Shown: positions 1-13,906, counted from the stretch's first letter. The stretch: 64,000 nucleotides of DNA from Mobula hypostoma (GCF_963921235.1 NC_086097.1:20400001-20464000); one strand, 5' to 3'. Notes: generated by a model from the letters alone, not told the origin. Numbers and translations are program-made.

Positions 1-359
1 CAAATAGGAGCTTTCGGTGACACCTGTTTTGTATGTTCCCAGTTCCTCTGTCACGTAGGAGAGTTAGAAACAGCATTAGATTGACTGCTCTGCAGAGAAG
101 ACAGCAGGCATGTCCCCTCTGTTTATTTCTTAGGCCACTGAGGGAAACTGGCTCATTCAGTAGTGGCAGGAGTACGTTGGCTGGCTTTGAGGTCAATAGG
201 CCACTCGCATCCACCCCCAGTATCAGCCCATTTGTTATAGAGACATAGATCAAGGATAGTGCAAGGAAGCAGGCACTTCGGTCCAATTGGTCCATGCTAT
301 CCAACGTTCCCATCTAAGCTAATCCATTTTGCCCATGCTTGGCCCATATCCCTTTAAAC

Positions 360-439
360 CAGGGGTTCCCAACCTTTTTTATGCCACGAACCCCTGCCGT
401 TAACCAAAGGGTCCGTGAATCCCAGACTGGGAACCCCTG
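360..439. mobile_element. hAT (Charlie-like) MITE
   Basis: TIR caggggttccca/tgggaacccctg; 8-bp TSD ctttaaac/ctctaaac; inserted in a CR1 3' fragment. Confidence 0.85.
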
Positions 440-2559
440 CTCTAAACCTTTCCAATCCGTGCGTCTGTTAAATGCGGATGTATCTGCTTTATCTAGTTCC
501 TCCGGCAGCAATTTCACGTACGGCTGCCCCTCCACGTGGGGGAGAAAGTCATTCCAACCCCTCAAAACGACATAGTGCACTTTATAAGCATTCTGACTGT
601 TGCAAGCCGATTCAGTGCCAACAACTCTGAGAAATAACAACAGAAAGTTGCCCCTCAGATTCCTAATAAATCTCTCCCTAAACCTTTATCCCTTAGTACT
701 TGATTTCCCCAGTCCTGTTAGCTGGACTTCCTCCGAGGACTGCTAAGATAGAGGGCTGTGAGACTAATGAATATCCTGCCACCACTGTGGTCTCAAAGCT
801 AAGACAGCGAGCTGTTTACTTGTCCTGCACACTTCATGTACTTCTGAATTTTACATTACTATCCTATTTGTGATAATATTTTGTTTATGTGCTGTGTGTA
901 ATATATGTATTATGTTTGGGCTGTGGTTTGGAGGGACATTGTTTAGTTTGGTTGTATACATGTACAATCAGATGTTTTGTTTAGTTGTATGTATGTACAT
1001 TGTTTTGTTTGGTTGTAAATATATACAGTCAGATGACAATAACCTTGAACTTGAAGATGAGTTGAAAAATAACTGCAGGTCCTGGAAACCCTCGGCAGGT
1101 CGAGAAGCAACAGTAGAATGAGATTTGGTTTCAGTCCTATTTTGGCTGCTGTCTGTGTGGAGATTGCACGTGCTGGTTGTGAGGACAATGGGCTGCTGTG
1201 GGTTGTCCCCTAGTGTGAAGGTGACGGGTACAATCTGTAGGGAGCTGATGGGAAGGTAGGGAGAGATTTAAAAAAAAGGATTAACCTGGATTATCAAGGA
1301 TCAACTTTATTCACCATATACATTTACATCAGTTGGGAATTTGCTGTGCTGTGTTGGTGTGACATGCATAAAAACAGTATTCAACAATTGTAATGCATGA
1401 GGATTTATAGAAAAAGAGTATATAGGTTAAAGTACAGACGTGGATATTACTGCAGGGTTTAATTGTAAATGGGAAGCTGATAGTTGGTGCAGATTCTGTG
1501 AACCAAAGAGCCAGTTTCCATGCCAAATGACTAACTTTTCTAAGAATGCTGCATCATCTGCCTAGTCGGTATGGCCTTTTCTGTTCTATTTCTCAGAGAT
1601 GTTAGATACAGAATGCCTTGATGAAAGCTGATACAGATGATGAGACTTAGGGATAGAATTAGGCCATTCGGTCCGTTGAGTCTCCTCTGCTATTTGATCA
1701 TGGCTAATTTGTTTTCCCTCAGAACCTCGTTCTCCTGCCGGCTCCCCATAACCTTTGATACTTTTACTAATTAAGTACTTATCAACCTCCGCTTTGAACA
1801 TACCCAGTGACTTTTCTTCCACAGCCGTCGGTGGCAATAAATTCCACAGATCCACCACCCCCTGTCTAAAGTGATTCCTCTTCATCTCTTTTCTCATAGG
1901 GTGTCCTTCTCTGAGTCAGAAGGTCATGTGTTCAAGTCCCACTCCAGATATATAAACACACTCTTAGGCACGTAGATGAAAGGAAAGTGAAGGACTCTGC
2001 AGGAGGGAAGGGTTAGATTGATCTTTACAGTAGGTTACAAGGTTCATCCAACGCTATGGGCCAAAAAGCCTGTACTGTGTTGCCGTGTTTGTTCTGTGTT
2101 CTCAGATTGGATGGTCGAGCACTGTGCGCTGGTGTATGATCTCAGAATTGTCTCTGCCTTGCCAGGTAATTGCTATAATTGGAGGAGAGGGGAAGATTTC
2201 TTCAGCGTTCTAAATAATTAGTGCAAGCATTGTTGACATTATATCATTGCTGCTTGTGAGATCTTGCTGTGCGCTGGTGTTACCCGGCGTGATGTATCCC
2301 TTGCTTCATCAGATAGACACAGTTTTGAGCTTCCTAGCAGAAGCTATTGGACAATCTGGCTTTGGTGTGGCTCCCTGTGAACCCTACTCCCCCAAGCTAG
2401 AAACTTGGTGTGCATAGTTCATTTGGGGCTGTGGATGATAGTGGCATGTTACTGTCTCACAACTCCACTGACCCAGGTTCGATTCTGGCTTCTGGCGTAA
2501 ACCTGATCTCCCAATTGCCAATGTGGGTTTCCCCTGGGTGTTCCACCTTCATTCAATGG

Positions 2560-3130
2560 TGTGTTGGTTTTTATTAGTCCGGGCGTTTGAGTTCACGTGC
2601 TGTGACGTAATGTCACAACTCCATAAGACTCTGGTCAGACCGCTCTTGGAGTATCGTGCTCAGTTCTGGTCGCCTCATTACAGGAAGGATGTGCAAGGAT
2701 GCATAGGAGATTTACGAGTGCTGCCTGGATTGGAGAACACATCTTAGGATAGGTTGAGTAAGCAAAGGCTTTTCTCTTTTGCGCGAAGGAGGATGAGAAG
2801 TGATTTGATAGAAATGTATAAGATGATGGGAAGCACAGATAAAGTGGACAGCCAGCAACTTTTTCCCAGAGCGGAAATGGGTAATACATGAGGGGATGAG
2901 CTTAGGTTGATCGGAGGAAAGTGCAGGTGGAATATTAGAGGTAGGTTTTTTTTTACACTAGGTGGCAGGTGCATGGAGTGGAGGGGGGAGCACGGACGGT
3001 AGAGGCAGATTCATTACGACATTTAGATAGGCAGATGAATGAAAGAAAATGGAGAACTATAAGGGTTAAATGAAGAAGGTTAAAAAGTCAGCAAACATCA
3101 TGGTTGAAAGGGCCTCTACTGTTCGATGTT
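2560..3130 (+). mobile_element. CR1 3' fragment (similar pieces at about 1640-1910, 8800-9270, 26860-27110, 40770-41220, 53260-53610, 57760-58310, 59775-60495, 62165-63060)
   Basis: KTLVRPLLEYRAQFWSPHYRKDV motif and shared 3' UTR. Confidence 0.8.
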
Positions 3131-3815
3131 TTATGTTCCTCCCATAACCCAAAGATTTGCTGCTTGGTAATGTTAATTATCTCCACTAAAGAGTGGTGCA
3201 GAGTTGATTGGGTTGGTATGTTTGAGAAAGTGAGACAAAACCTTTATTTGGGGGGAAATGTGAACGATGGGTTTGTTGTGACAACTTGCATTGACTCGAT
3301 GACCAAATGGCATTCTTCCATGTCATAAGGAAGCCTTAGTAATCATTAATGTGGCACAACCAAATGGAAAGTGGCACCCCTTCTATTCCATGTGAATTTA
3401 ATATAGAGGGTGGTTGCAGCAATGTTCTCGCCCCCCCCCCCATCCCCATTGTTCAGTCCCCAGCTTACTCCCAAGGGTTGCAGTTTATTTTTTATTGAGA
3501 TACAGCATGCAATCAGTCCTACCGGCCCTTCGAGCCATCCCACCCAGCAATCCTCTGATTTAATCCTAGCCTAATCACGAGACAATTTCTCAATGACCAA
3601 TTGACCTAGCAACTGGTACGTCTTTGGACTGTGGGAGGAAGCCGGGACACCCGGAAGAAAACCCTTGCAGTCACTGGGAGAACGTAAAAGCACCCTTCAC
3701 AATCTGTCCATAAGAGTTTCTATATCCTTTACACTTCTAGGCCCTGATCAAGGATCTTGACCCAAAACAGCAACTGTCCATCGATGCTGCCTGACCCTTC
3801 CCGAGTTCCTTCAGC

Positions 3816-3852
<37 letters not shown>

Positions 3853-3889
3853 CTTCAGAGTTAGAGTTGGTGAATTGGAGCTGAATTTG

Positions 3890-4200
3890 GTGACACAGTG
3901 GCATGGCGGTTTGCGCAGTGATTTACAGCACCAGCTGTGTAAGATCGGGTTTGATTTCTGCTGTTGTCTGTAAGGAGTTTGTACATTCTCCCCGTGAAGG
4001 CGTGGATTTCCTCCGGGCACTCCGGTTTCCAAAGATATACAGTTAGAGCTGGTGAGTTGTGGGCATGCTGTGTTGGTGCTGGAAGCACAGTGACACTTGT
4101 GGGCTGCCCAGCATGACCCACGCTGATTTGATTTGACTCAAGCGATGCATTTTTCACGTGTTTCAATGTGTCAAATAAAGCTAATTGTTTTAACTTTAAG
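3890..4200 (+). mobile_element. tRNA-derived V-SINE-type element (copies about 8075-8340, 12015-12290, 32505-32730, 43075-43300, 44275-44470, 61090-61360)
   Basis: tRNA-like head then core tgtaaggagtttgtacattctccccgtg...gggtttcctccgggtgctccggtttcctccca. Confidence 0.8.
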
Positions 4201-4303
4201 AATGTGATCATTAATTGCTGCTCTTGTTGGAGGTAGAGACAATTCCTGGGGAAATCGTACTTCATATTTAACCTTTCTGCATCTCCTTGTCTTGCAGGAC
4301 CCC

Positions 4304-4423
4304 ATGCCAACAATTATGACCACCGACCACCCCGCACGTCAGCTTCTGGATTTTAACCAGAAGCTCGACATCAATCTGTTGGATAACGTGGTAAATTGTC
4401 TATATCATGGGGAAGGCCCTCAG
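4304..4423 (+). CDS. XPO1: Exportin-1 first coding exon (human exon 2 equivalent; exon begins 4298)
   Basis: ttgcag|gaccccATG; MPTIMTTDHPARQLLDFNQKLDINLLDNVVNCLYHGEGPQ; donor CAG|gtgag; matches the CRM1 N-terminus. Confidence 0.95.
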
Positions 4424-4800
4424 GTGAGATTAACCATTGGGTGACCTCTCTTCCCCTTGTCAGTGGGTCTTGTGCGTGGGTTTGCACTTGTTAACATGCT
4501 GCAATGAAAGGTGTGACTGCAGTGGTGAGTGTGAAGAGGATATTGGGATTCAAGTTCTGGTTAGCTTATTGTCAGATATAGTTGCACTGCTGGCTTTTAG
4601 GGCAGCAGTGAAGTTTGGCAGTGTTCAGGGCTTTCTTCATCGTGCCAGTTGCTTCCTCTTGGTTTTTGCTACTGTCAGTCATGCAAGTCATGGGTGAAGA
4701 CTCCGGAAAATGGTCGTACACGGATATAGGATTCTTCATTGGACCGGTCAAGGTTGTTGACCCTGAGCTGAACCCCCAAACCTGGAGGATCCGTGGACCA

Positions 4801-5018
4801 CAGACAAGAGAAAGTCTGCAGATGCTGGAAATCCAAGCAACACACAGAAAGTGCTGGAGGAACTCAGCAAGTCAGGCAGCATCTATGGAAAAGAGTAAAC
4901 AGTCGATGTTTCTTTTCTGTCTGCTCCTGATGCAGGGTCTCGGCTTGAAACGTCAACTGTTCTCTTTTCTGTAAATGCTGCCTGGCCTGCTGAGTTCCTC
5001 CCGCATTTTGTGTGTGTT
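4801..5018. mobile_element. Fold-back Penelope pLTR unit with hammerhead variant
   Basis: Inverted arms (tgctggaggaactcagc.../gctgagttcctcc...), CTGATGC...GAAACGTC at 4927-4954, flanking repeats gatccgtggacca / gatctgtagacca. Confidence 0.75.
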
Positions 5019-5619
5019 GATCTGTAGACCAATGTTAGTCTGGCTTCCTCCCTTTGACCAGTTTGGCGTGGGTGAGCCTACCAAGAGCTAGAACACACAA
5101 CCTTGACTCCAGCCAAAATGGCTGTGTGGGTTACTGAGGCACCAGGCTGCTGAACCTCACAACAAGGTTGTGGTCCTCTTGGAGAATTATCACCTACATG
5201 TCATGTGAAATCCTTTGCTTGCATGAAGCTCACAGAATAAACAGTGTGTCCTTGAGCAAGGCACTTAACCACACATTGCTCTGTCTGTGTGAGGAGTGGC
5301 GCGCCACACAGTCTTTGTTCCGTGCCTTGTAAGGCGTGAAAATGCCCGACGCTGGCCTCTTAGGCCTGAGTCGATGATCCCTCTTGCTGCAGTAATAAGT
5401 GAAACTGTAAATACAGCAATGAGCACAAAGCAACGAGTGAAGAAGAAACGTGAAGAAGTGCAAAAACTGAGAGAGGTATTGGTATGCATTCAGAAACATG
5501 GCAGCTCCAGTGGGGAGGGGATGTGAAAGTCATTGGTTCAGAAGTCTGATGTGTGGGTATGTTACCAGGACTGGGAAATTGTCATTCTGAGGAAATATTG
5601 AAAAGACTGGTGTGGTTTT

Positions 5620-5995
5620 TGGGTGGCGGGGTGGAGATAAGCCCCTACCAAAGCAGGTGTAAGGTGCTGCTTCCCTCCGCTAACCTGCAGGTCACTCCTG
5701 GACAAGGTGTAGCACATGCTCAGCCTTCCATCAGGGTCACGTGAAGCCATGGGAGTAGGTGGTGGATGGTCGTGTGAGCAGCTGGTGCAGATCCCAAGTC
5801 CTGGTTATGCAACCACCGACACCAGGCAAACAATCTCTGAAGAGTATTAATAATGGCTGGGGGGACCTGTCTTCTGCCCAGAAGAAGTCAGTGGCAAACC
5901 ACTTCTGTAGGAAAAATTGCCCAGAACAGTCGCAGTCATGGGAAAACAATGATCGCTTTTGTCATATGACACAGCACATAAAGAACAAATGATGT
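5620..5995 (+). mobile_element. SINE-like repeat with RTE-type tail (copies 48985-49370 and 58730-58975, minus)
   Basis: Three mutually similar copies; ggcaaaccacttc tail in two. Confidence 0.7.
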
Positions 5996-6380
5996 GGTTT
6001 TAAGAGCAGAGGAGATGTGGGGGAGACTCAGTTGAGTTTCCTAAAGTTGTGTGTCTGACAAAAAATAAATGGGGAGGACCTATTTTACTTGGCAGAAACA
6101 ACAAAACAGAGGAATAGAATTGTCGTAATTGGTGGAAGAATGGGGCTGGAGGTGTATGGGGTAAAACTTTCTTCCAGTGGATGGTAGGGTTCTGGACCTT
6201 GACTGTCCAAGAGGGAGGTAGGGGAAGAACCTTCATCTCACTTTAAAATTATTTGAATCCATGCTTGAGCAATTGTGACCTGCTCTGGAAGTGGGGATTG
6301 GGCTACTGTGGAAACGATGGACAGATGGTTGGTGAATGAACAAGGAACCAAAATCTACTGCTTTTGATTTTTCTTCTTAG

Positions 6381-6482
6381 CAACGAATGGCACAGGAAAT
6401 ATTAACTCATTTGAAGGAGCATCCAGACGCTTGGACCAGGGTGGACACCATTCTAGAGTTTTCCCAGAATATGAACACAAAG
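6381..6482 (+). CDS. XPO1: Exportin-1 exon 3
   Basis: ttag|QRMAQEILTHLKEHPDAWTRVDTILEFSQNMNTK|gtgag, 102 nt. Confidence 0.97.
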
Positions 6483-7194
6483 GTGAGTTAAGTGTCACAA
6501 ATTAAAACTATATGTTATTAAACAAGATAAAAGGGATTAAAAAAAAAAATCCTACTTGTTTTTTAAAAGGCAATAGATGAACCATTCCTCATTGCCTGTG
6601 CCTTCTGAGGAACTCAAGGGGAGCTGCTAATTGGCCACTGAACCAGAATCAAAGAATTGTCAGGGCATGGAAGGAGAAGAGACAGCTTGTCAAATCTGAA
6701 CTAGCTGTATGTCAGCGCAATCCAGCAAGTTCCACTCCAGCTCTTTTCCCCCAGAATCCTTGTCTTTCTTTCCACTTGGATATCTAGCTAACTTCCCTGT
6801 TGAATACTACAGCTGACTCTGCCTTCAGGCCTTTGTTTAATGATGTATCCCAGACCTTGCCCACTCACTCTGGAAAAACAGGTCTTTCTTGTCACCTCTG
6901 CTCTTTGACCTTTTCTGCCAATAGATCAACTCTGACCCCATTGTGGTTTTAAATACACTGCCAGATGTCTCCTTGACCTTCTCCATTCTCGCAACTGTCT
7001 CAGATTCTTCAGTCCGTCCACATGACTAGTGTCCTTTGTCCCTGGAATCATTCTCTGTTGCCCTATCACTGAATTTCTTCTACACCCACTTGGAAGTCTT
7101 TGCATGTTTCTTAAAATGCACTGCCCAGAATGGGACACAAAGCTCCAGCTGTGTTGACCAAAGTCAGTGTGAGTGTTCACATTATTTCCAAAAG

Positions 7195-7860
7195 ACCACA
7201 AGACATAGGAACAAAATTAGGCCAATTGACTCTGCCCTGCCATTTGATTGTGGCTGATTTATTTTCCCTTGTAACCCCATTTTTCTGCCTTCTCCCCATA
7301 ACCTTTGATGCCCTTACCAATGAAGTGACAATCTACCTCTGCTTTAAATATACCAAATGATATACATCTTCCCCAGCCATATGTCTCAATGAATTCCATG
7401 GATCCAACACCCTCTGGCTAAAGAAATTCCTCCTCATCTCTGTTATAAAAGGGACATCCTATTCTGAGGATGTAGCCTCTGGTCCGAGACACTCCCACTA
7501 TTGGAAACATCTTCTCCACGTCCAGTCTGTCCAGGGCCTTTCAGTACTTGATATGTTTCAATGAGATCCCTTCTCTTTCTTCTAAACTCCAGCGAGTACA
7601 AGCCCAGAGCCATCAGATACTCCTCAAATGTTAACCCTTTCATTTCCAGGATCATCCTCATGAATCTCCTCTGGACCCTCTCCAATGCCAGCACATCCAT
7701 TCTTAGAAATAGGGTCCCAAAACTGCTCTCAAATTGCAAACGTCCTTCCTTCTGTTCTCCAATTGTAAAGTCCAGAGCCCTATAAGTCTTTATAATCACT
7801 ATCTCAGTCTGCCCTGCTGCTTCTCAATGAACAATGCACAAATACTCTGACTTCTCTTTT
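7195..7860 (-). mobile_element. CR1 3' fragment
   Basis: LERVQRRFMRMI...LGLYSLEFRR.RRDLIETY and 3' UTR. Confidence 0.88.
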
Positions 7861-8161
7861 CATTCCCCTTTTAAAGTTTTCTTCTAATGTATATTGCCTC
7901 TTATTCTTCCTACCCTAATTGTAGCACTTTGCAATTCTCAGCACTAAATTTTAGCCGACCACCTGCTGGTTCTCCAATTCCTTCGAGTCTAGTACTATCC
8001 TTGGATGCAGCCATCCGATGCCACATTTCTTGCTGATCACACCTTTGCACTATTGGCGACGAACTAACGTTGGGCGCTGCGGTAGTGTGACACTTTCAGC
8101 TCGGGGAGATTCAGAGTTCAGTTCCGGTGCTGTTCTGTAAGGAGTGTCTGTACGTCCTGCT

Positions 8162-8199
<38 letters not shown>

Positions 8200-10844
8200 T
8201 TCTCCAGTTCCCTCCCACAATACAAAGATGTATTTCTAGGTTAATGGGTCATTGTAAATTGTCCTGTGGTTAGGTTAGGGTTAATCAGGTTTGTCAGGGA
8301 CGCCGGAGGACCTCCTCCGCACTGTATCGCTAACTAAATAACAAGTTAGGAGCTTTTGTTGAAAGACCCAATGCAGTTCTTGGCATTAGTTTTTCTTTCA
8401 GGCTCATGTAGATGGAAATCTTGAAAAGAGAAACAGGTTTTCTTCTAGGAACCCAGAGGTAGGCTGCCAACACTTCAAACATTAAAGGATATGCCACAGA
8501 TCTGTATCTCTTTTTTTTAAATGCTAAAATAGAAATTGCTGGAAGAATTCACCCAGTCAGCAGCTTCTGGGGAAAGAGAAAGCTGTCAACAGTTGGATCA
8601 GAAACCCTTTCCCTGAACTGGGGAAAGAGTGGAGATTTATGTTTTACAAAGCACAACTGAGGGCGGAGGGGAGGTGCAGATGAAAGACAGGTCAGGTGCT
8701 AAGGAGCAGGAGCATTGATCGTCACCAGGAAAATAAGATACAAGCATGACTGTGAGAACAGGAGCCTTGGATCCCACACCACCAGGTTCAGGAAGTTATT
8801 AGAACATAGAAACTTACAGCACATTACAAGCCCTTCGACCCACAATGTGCCGACCATGTAACCTACTCTAGAAACTGCCTAGAATTTCCCTAGCACATAG
8901 CCCTCTATTTTTCTAAGCTCCACGTACCTATCTAAGAGGCTGTTTTAAGATTTTATCCACTTCCACCACTGCCGGGGACAGTGCATTCTATGCACCCACC
9001 ATTCTCTGTGTGGGAAAATATTACCCCTGACATCCCCTCAGTACCTGTTTCCAAGCCCCTGAAAACTGTGCCCTCTCGTGTTAGCCATTTCAGGCCAGGG
9101 AAAAAATCTCTGGCTATCCACATGATTGATGCCCCTCATAATCTTATACACCTCATCCTCCGTCGCTCCAAGGAAAAAAGGCCAAGTTCACTCAACCTAT
9201 TCTCATAAGGTACGCCCTCCAATCCAAGCAACATCCTTGTAACTCTCCTCTGCACTCTCTCTGTAATGCCCACTATATTTATTATTCAACAATCATCAGG
9301 CTCCTGAACCACTGTGGCTATCCTAACTCGCCTCAACGCTGAACTAACTCTACAACTATTATTTATAGTTTTTCATAACTTCTATTGTATTTCTTTAGAT
9401 GTTTCTAAATGCCTGCAAGAAAACTAACCTCAAGATGGGTATATGGTGACATAGACAGTACTTAAACAATAAATGTACTTTGAATTTGATCTTGGAATGG
9501 GAAACGTTGAGAAATCGGTTCACCTGACATCAGAGAGATTGGTTTTCATTCCAGAAGGTTGCAAAAGTGCCTAGATGAAAGATAAGACGTACCTTCTTCC
9601 ACGCTTGGTTCCATAACCCTTATTTAACACTCCCACCCAGATGGCACTCTCACCCAGCCTTTGGGAAGAGGGAGTTCAGGCAATTTGCTATATCTGGAAA
9701 AAATTGTGTTGTATCTTTCGCGGATTCAGGAGGCCCTAAAGTCCTTTGCGGTGGTGGAATTCTTTGGAAGCATAGCCTGTGTGAATGAGGAACAGGGATT
9801 TGTGTTTACTTATCCAAGGGAGAAGGGAGGATTGAGGAAAGAGGTTGGGATAAGTGGCATTTAGTCCATCTTCATAACTTAAAGCTTGGTTTTCACAATG
9901 TGTTCTTTAGAACCACAACATTAAGTGACCGGAGATTTTAACTTTGAAACAGAGAATTCTGTGAACAGCCCTTCTCAAGTTGTGCATCGACACCTACTGG
10001 TGGAATGGCTTTGCCCAACTTTTGTCTTGAGGTGGAGAACTAATGTGTTTTGATTTGTTTAGAGATATGGCAGGTTAGCAGGTCCTTCTGGCCCAACGAG
10101 CCCAAACCGCCCAATTAACCAGCTGACCCATACATCATTGGTATGTAGGAGAAAACCTGCTCGATCACGGGGAAAATGTACGCACTCCTCACAGACGCTG
10201 GTGGAATTGAACCCGAGTCACTGGCGCTATAGTAGTGTTATGCTAAACTCGATGTTACCAGGCCCTCAGAGCTTGTGTTTTGTCGTTGAGCCGTTGTTTT
10301 GTCTGGGGTCCCCATGGTGCAAACGGAAACTAACATTGTTTTCACCCAGTTGATAGACCATAAGGTGTTATTTGGTCCATCCCTCCATGCAGTTGTCCTC
10401 CTTGACCGTGTTGGCCCCTGATGACCCAATTAGAGAATGGAGATGGTCTTGGACCATCAAGTCCCTTCCTTTCCACTGCCACCGTTGTCTTCACCCGCAT
10501 CCTCACCCCAGGAAGTTGCACATTCAACCAAATCCCACATTGGTAAGGTCTTTGAGTTGTGTCTGGGTGAGGTCCTGTGTATGGTTCTGATGAAGCTGTG
10601 TGACTGTGAGGTGGTTTGTGGCATTCTCTTTTTTTTTTTTTGTCACTGTCTATAAACCTGTGGTTGCCCGCAGCTCTCCAGATGTCACTGAGGCTGTGCA
10701 AGTGTTGGACGCTGTTTGGTTTAGTGCAGCTAGTGACCGTCCTCAGCTGCCAGTCAGCATGGGGACCAGTTGTTTTGCCTGGGGTAGACTCCCAAAGTAC
10801 TGCAGGATGGGCAAGAAGGCTCTGTCAGTGACTTGTGGTAAGTG

Positions 10845-11370
10845 GTAATTTTGGATATGAGCAGTTTTGGATCCCTGAACTAAGAAAAGGTTTGGAGAGG
10901 GTCTGGAAGAGGTTTATGAGAATGATTCTGAGAATGAAAGGGTTAGCTGTGAGGTGCGCTTGATGATTCTGAGCCTGTACTTGCTGGAGTTTGGAAGAGT
11001 GATGGGGATTTCATTAAAACCTATGGAATATTGAAAAGCCTAGGTAGAGTGGATGTGGAGAGGTTGTTTCTTCGAGCAGGGGATTCTAAGACCGGGGGCG
11101 CAGCTTCAGAATAGAAAGACGCCCATTTAGAACAGATGATGAATTTCTTTAGCCAGAGAGTGGTGAACCTGTGGAACTTATTGCCACAGACGAATGTGAA
11201 GGTCATCGTTGACTATATTTAAGGTGGAGGTTGATAGGTTCTTGATTAGTTGGGGCTTCGAAGGTTACGAGGAATGGGATTAAAAGGGATAATAAATCAG
11301 CCCTGATGGAATGGCATAGCAGAATCAATGGGCTGAATGGCCCATTTCAGCTTTTGTGTCTTCTGATTTA
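10845..11370 (+). mobile_element. CR1 3' fragment
   Basis: Degenerate ORF2 C-terminus and 3' UTR (gaatttctttagccagagagtggtgaacctgtggaa...gggctgaatggcc). Confidence 0.85.
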
Positions 11371-11471
11371 AATCAGAGAATATAGTGTTGTGTTTAGTGT
11401 AGTGGATATAGAATAGTAGTTGGTGTTTACCAGTCTGTTACTAACCAGCATTTGTAATGTTTGTTTCTCAG

Positions 11472-11544
11472 TACTATGCCTTGCAAATACTGGAAAATGT
11501 GATTAAAACACGTTGGAAAATACTTCCCAGAAATCAATGTGAAG
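11472..11544 (+). CDS. XPO1: Exportin-1 exon 4
   Basis: tcag|YYALQILENVIKTRWKILPRNQCE-G|gtgag, 73 nt. Confidence 0.97.
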
Positions 11545-11629
11545 GTGAGTCATGCTGTTCTCTTTCTCTTGGTGAGTGGGGTGGGGAGGAAAGATCGTTA
11601 TTAATATTTTCCATTTTTCTTTCTTGCAG

Positions 11630-11685
11630 GAATAAAAAAATATGTTGTGGGTTTAATTATTAAAACATCGTCTGAGACTTTGGAG
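11630..11685 (+). CDS. XPO1: Exportin-1 exon 5
   Basis: gcag|(G)IKKYVVGLIIKTSSETLE|gtaaa, 56 nt, after an 85-nt intron. Confidence 0.93.
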
Positions 11686-12494
11686 GTAAATTAAAAGTTG
11701 TGCACTTCAGCTGTTATGCTTTCTTTAGTTTATCCTGGATATTTCAGCTCTTGGCTTTTCTTTAAGTCTCTCTTTCTTTTCAAACTTTGTTTTCCCCAAT
11801 TCAGATTTAACCCTATGGATTATTTTCTTAAATTCATGGGATGTTGATTGACATGTTTCCCACCCCGCAATCCCCTTCGAGTTCTCTCCTGGGTCATTTC
11901 ACAGAGTAGTGAAGAGCGGTCTATGTTGCTGTAGGCCTCGAGTGGAGTGAGGCCCACTTGACTGAGAATGCTGAGTTTCCTTCTCTGAAGAACTTCAATG
12001 AATCACATACTTCCGTGTCATGGTAGCTTAGCGGTTTGCGCAGCATCTCTGGGTGACGGAGTTCGGAGGTTATTTCTGGCATCCTCTGTAAGGTGTCTCT
12101 GTACATCCTCTCTGGAATGTGTGAGTTTCGTCCGGGTGCTTTGCTTTCCTCCCCCAGTTCAAAGATGTACTGGGTAGGTTAGTTGGGCATTGTAAATTGT
12201 CCCGTGATTAGGTTAGGGTTAAATCAGGCTGCTGGGGTGGCGCACTCGAGGGGCCTAACCCGCACTGTATCGCTAAATACATAAATAGATTTTTAAAATA
12301 GAAGTTTGCTGGTTTCATAGTCACTGCTACAGTTGCAAGTTGATTTAGTTACCGTTGTGAGAAAGGAACTTCATTCAATGCATCTCTATGCAGATGAGTA
12401 GCTTAATGACTGTGCTGGTGTATGAGGGCTGGGTGCTGTCAGTGAAGGGTGACCCAGTTAGGTTCACCTTTACAGAAAACTAATAAACACTGGG

Positions 12495-13280
12495 TAACCA
12501 CAAGTCAGAAGAGCAGAATTAAGCCATCCAGCCATCAAGGCTGTTCCGCCATTCCATCATGGCTGATTTATTTTCTCTCTTGATCCGATTCTCCTGCCTT
12601 CTCCCTGTAACCTTTGACACCCTTATCAAGAACCTATCAGCCTCTGCTTTCAATATACCCAATGTCTTGGCCTCTACAGCTACCTGTAGCATTGAATTCT
12701 ATAGATTCTCCATTCTCTGGCTGAAGAAATTCCTCCTCATCTTTGTTCTGACAGGAGGCTATTTTATTCTTGAGGTTGTGCTCTCTAGTTCTAGATTCTG
12801 CCACTACTGAAAGCATCCTCTCCATGTCCATACTATGCAGGCCTTTAAATAATCAGTAAGTTTTAGTGAGATGCTCCTCGTCCTTCTAAACTCCAGTGGG
12901 TACAGGGCAGGGCTATCCTTCTTAAAGTCCAGCACCTCCTCCATTAATGTGGGATCATTCCTAAGAAACCTCCTCTGGACCCTCTCTATTGTCAGCACGT
13001 CCATCCTTAGATAAAAGGCCCAAAACTGCTCAAAATAATCCAGATGTGATTTGACCAACATCTTATAAAACCTCAGCACTGCAACCCTGTGTTTATATTC
13101 TAGTCCTCTCGAAGCGAATACTAACATTGTATTTGCCTTCCTTACCACAGTCTCAACCTGCAAGTTAATCTTTAGGGAATCCTGCACACAGACTTCCAAG
13201 TCCCTTTGCACCTCCTGATTTTGGAATTTTCTTCCAGTTTAGGAATAGTCTATGCATTTATTCCTTCTACCAAAGTGCTG
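12495..13280 (-). mobile_element. CR1 3' fragment
   Basis: QRDLEV.VQDSLK, GLEYK, IERVQRRF motifs and 3' UTR. Confidence 0.88.
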
Positions 13281-13861
13281 AGTCTTCAAGGTTTAATTGG
13301 TGTGGTCATGGATTGGACTCTGAGGTTCATGTTTGTGGTTTCTGGCTGCTCTTTTTTGTTGTTGCTGTTTTGGGCAATTTTGAATTTGGGGTGGCTTGCA
13401 GATAACAAACACTGAGCTAAATTAAGTATGCCTGGACTCTTTCAATTTTGTGTTTTATATTCTGTGTTTGGCTTGTTTTGTTTTCTTGCCATTTGTGTGA
13501 TTTGTTCTTAAAGAGCGGAGTAAGATTTGAGATTTTCCACTCTCCTGGAACCATTCCTGACTTGAGTGACTCTCAGATGATGGTTAATGGCTCCATGGTC
13601 TCTTCAGCGACCTGAAGAGATTGTGCAGGCATTGGGTGAGGGAGCTTCACAGTTCTTGATTCCATGCATGTCTGTCATTTCCATTCATTGATGGCAGATC
13701 TGGAGAAAATTGCTTGCCACTTTTATAGCCCATTGGCAAAAACATCACTATATATATATATATATATATTTTATATTGGGTTGCTCTTTTTAGTTTGAAA
13801 ATGAACCTCGAAACCAAATAACGTAATTATCTAACAAAACTCTTTTGTCTTTCCCTTCCAG

Positions 13862-13906
13862 AAGGATAAAGTTTATCTTGGAAAACTGAATATGATTCTT
13901 GTACAG
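13862..13906 (+). CDS. XPO1: Exportin-1 exon 6
   Basis: ccag|KDKVYLGKLNMILVQ|gttgg, 45 nt. Confidence 0.95.

Noticed and set aside
1..4297. XPO1 promoter or first exon
   Set aside because: No CpG island or recognisable exon; only repeats. Exon 1 is probably upstream of the window.
13859..13864. NAGNAG acceptor (cagAAG) at exon 6
   Set aside because: Common motif, at most a one-residue change, and no evidence of use.
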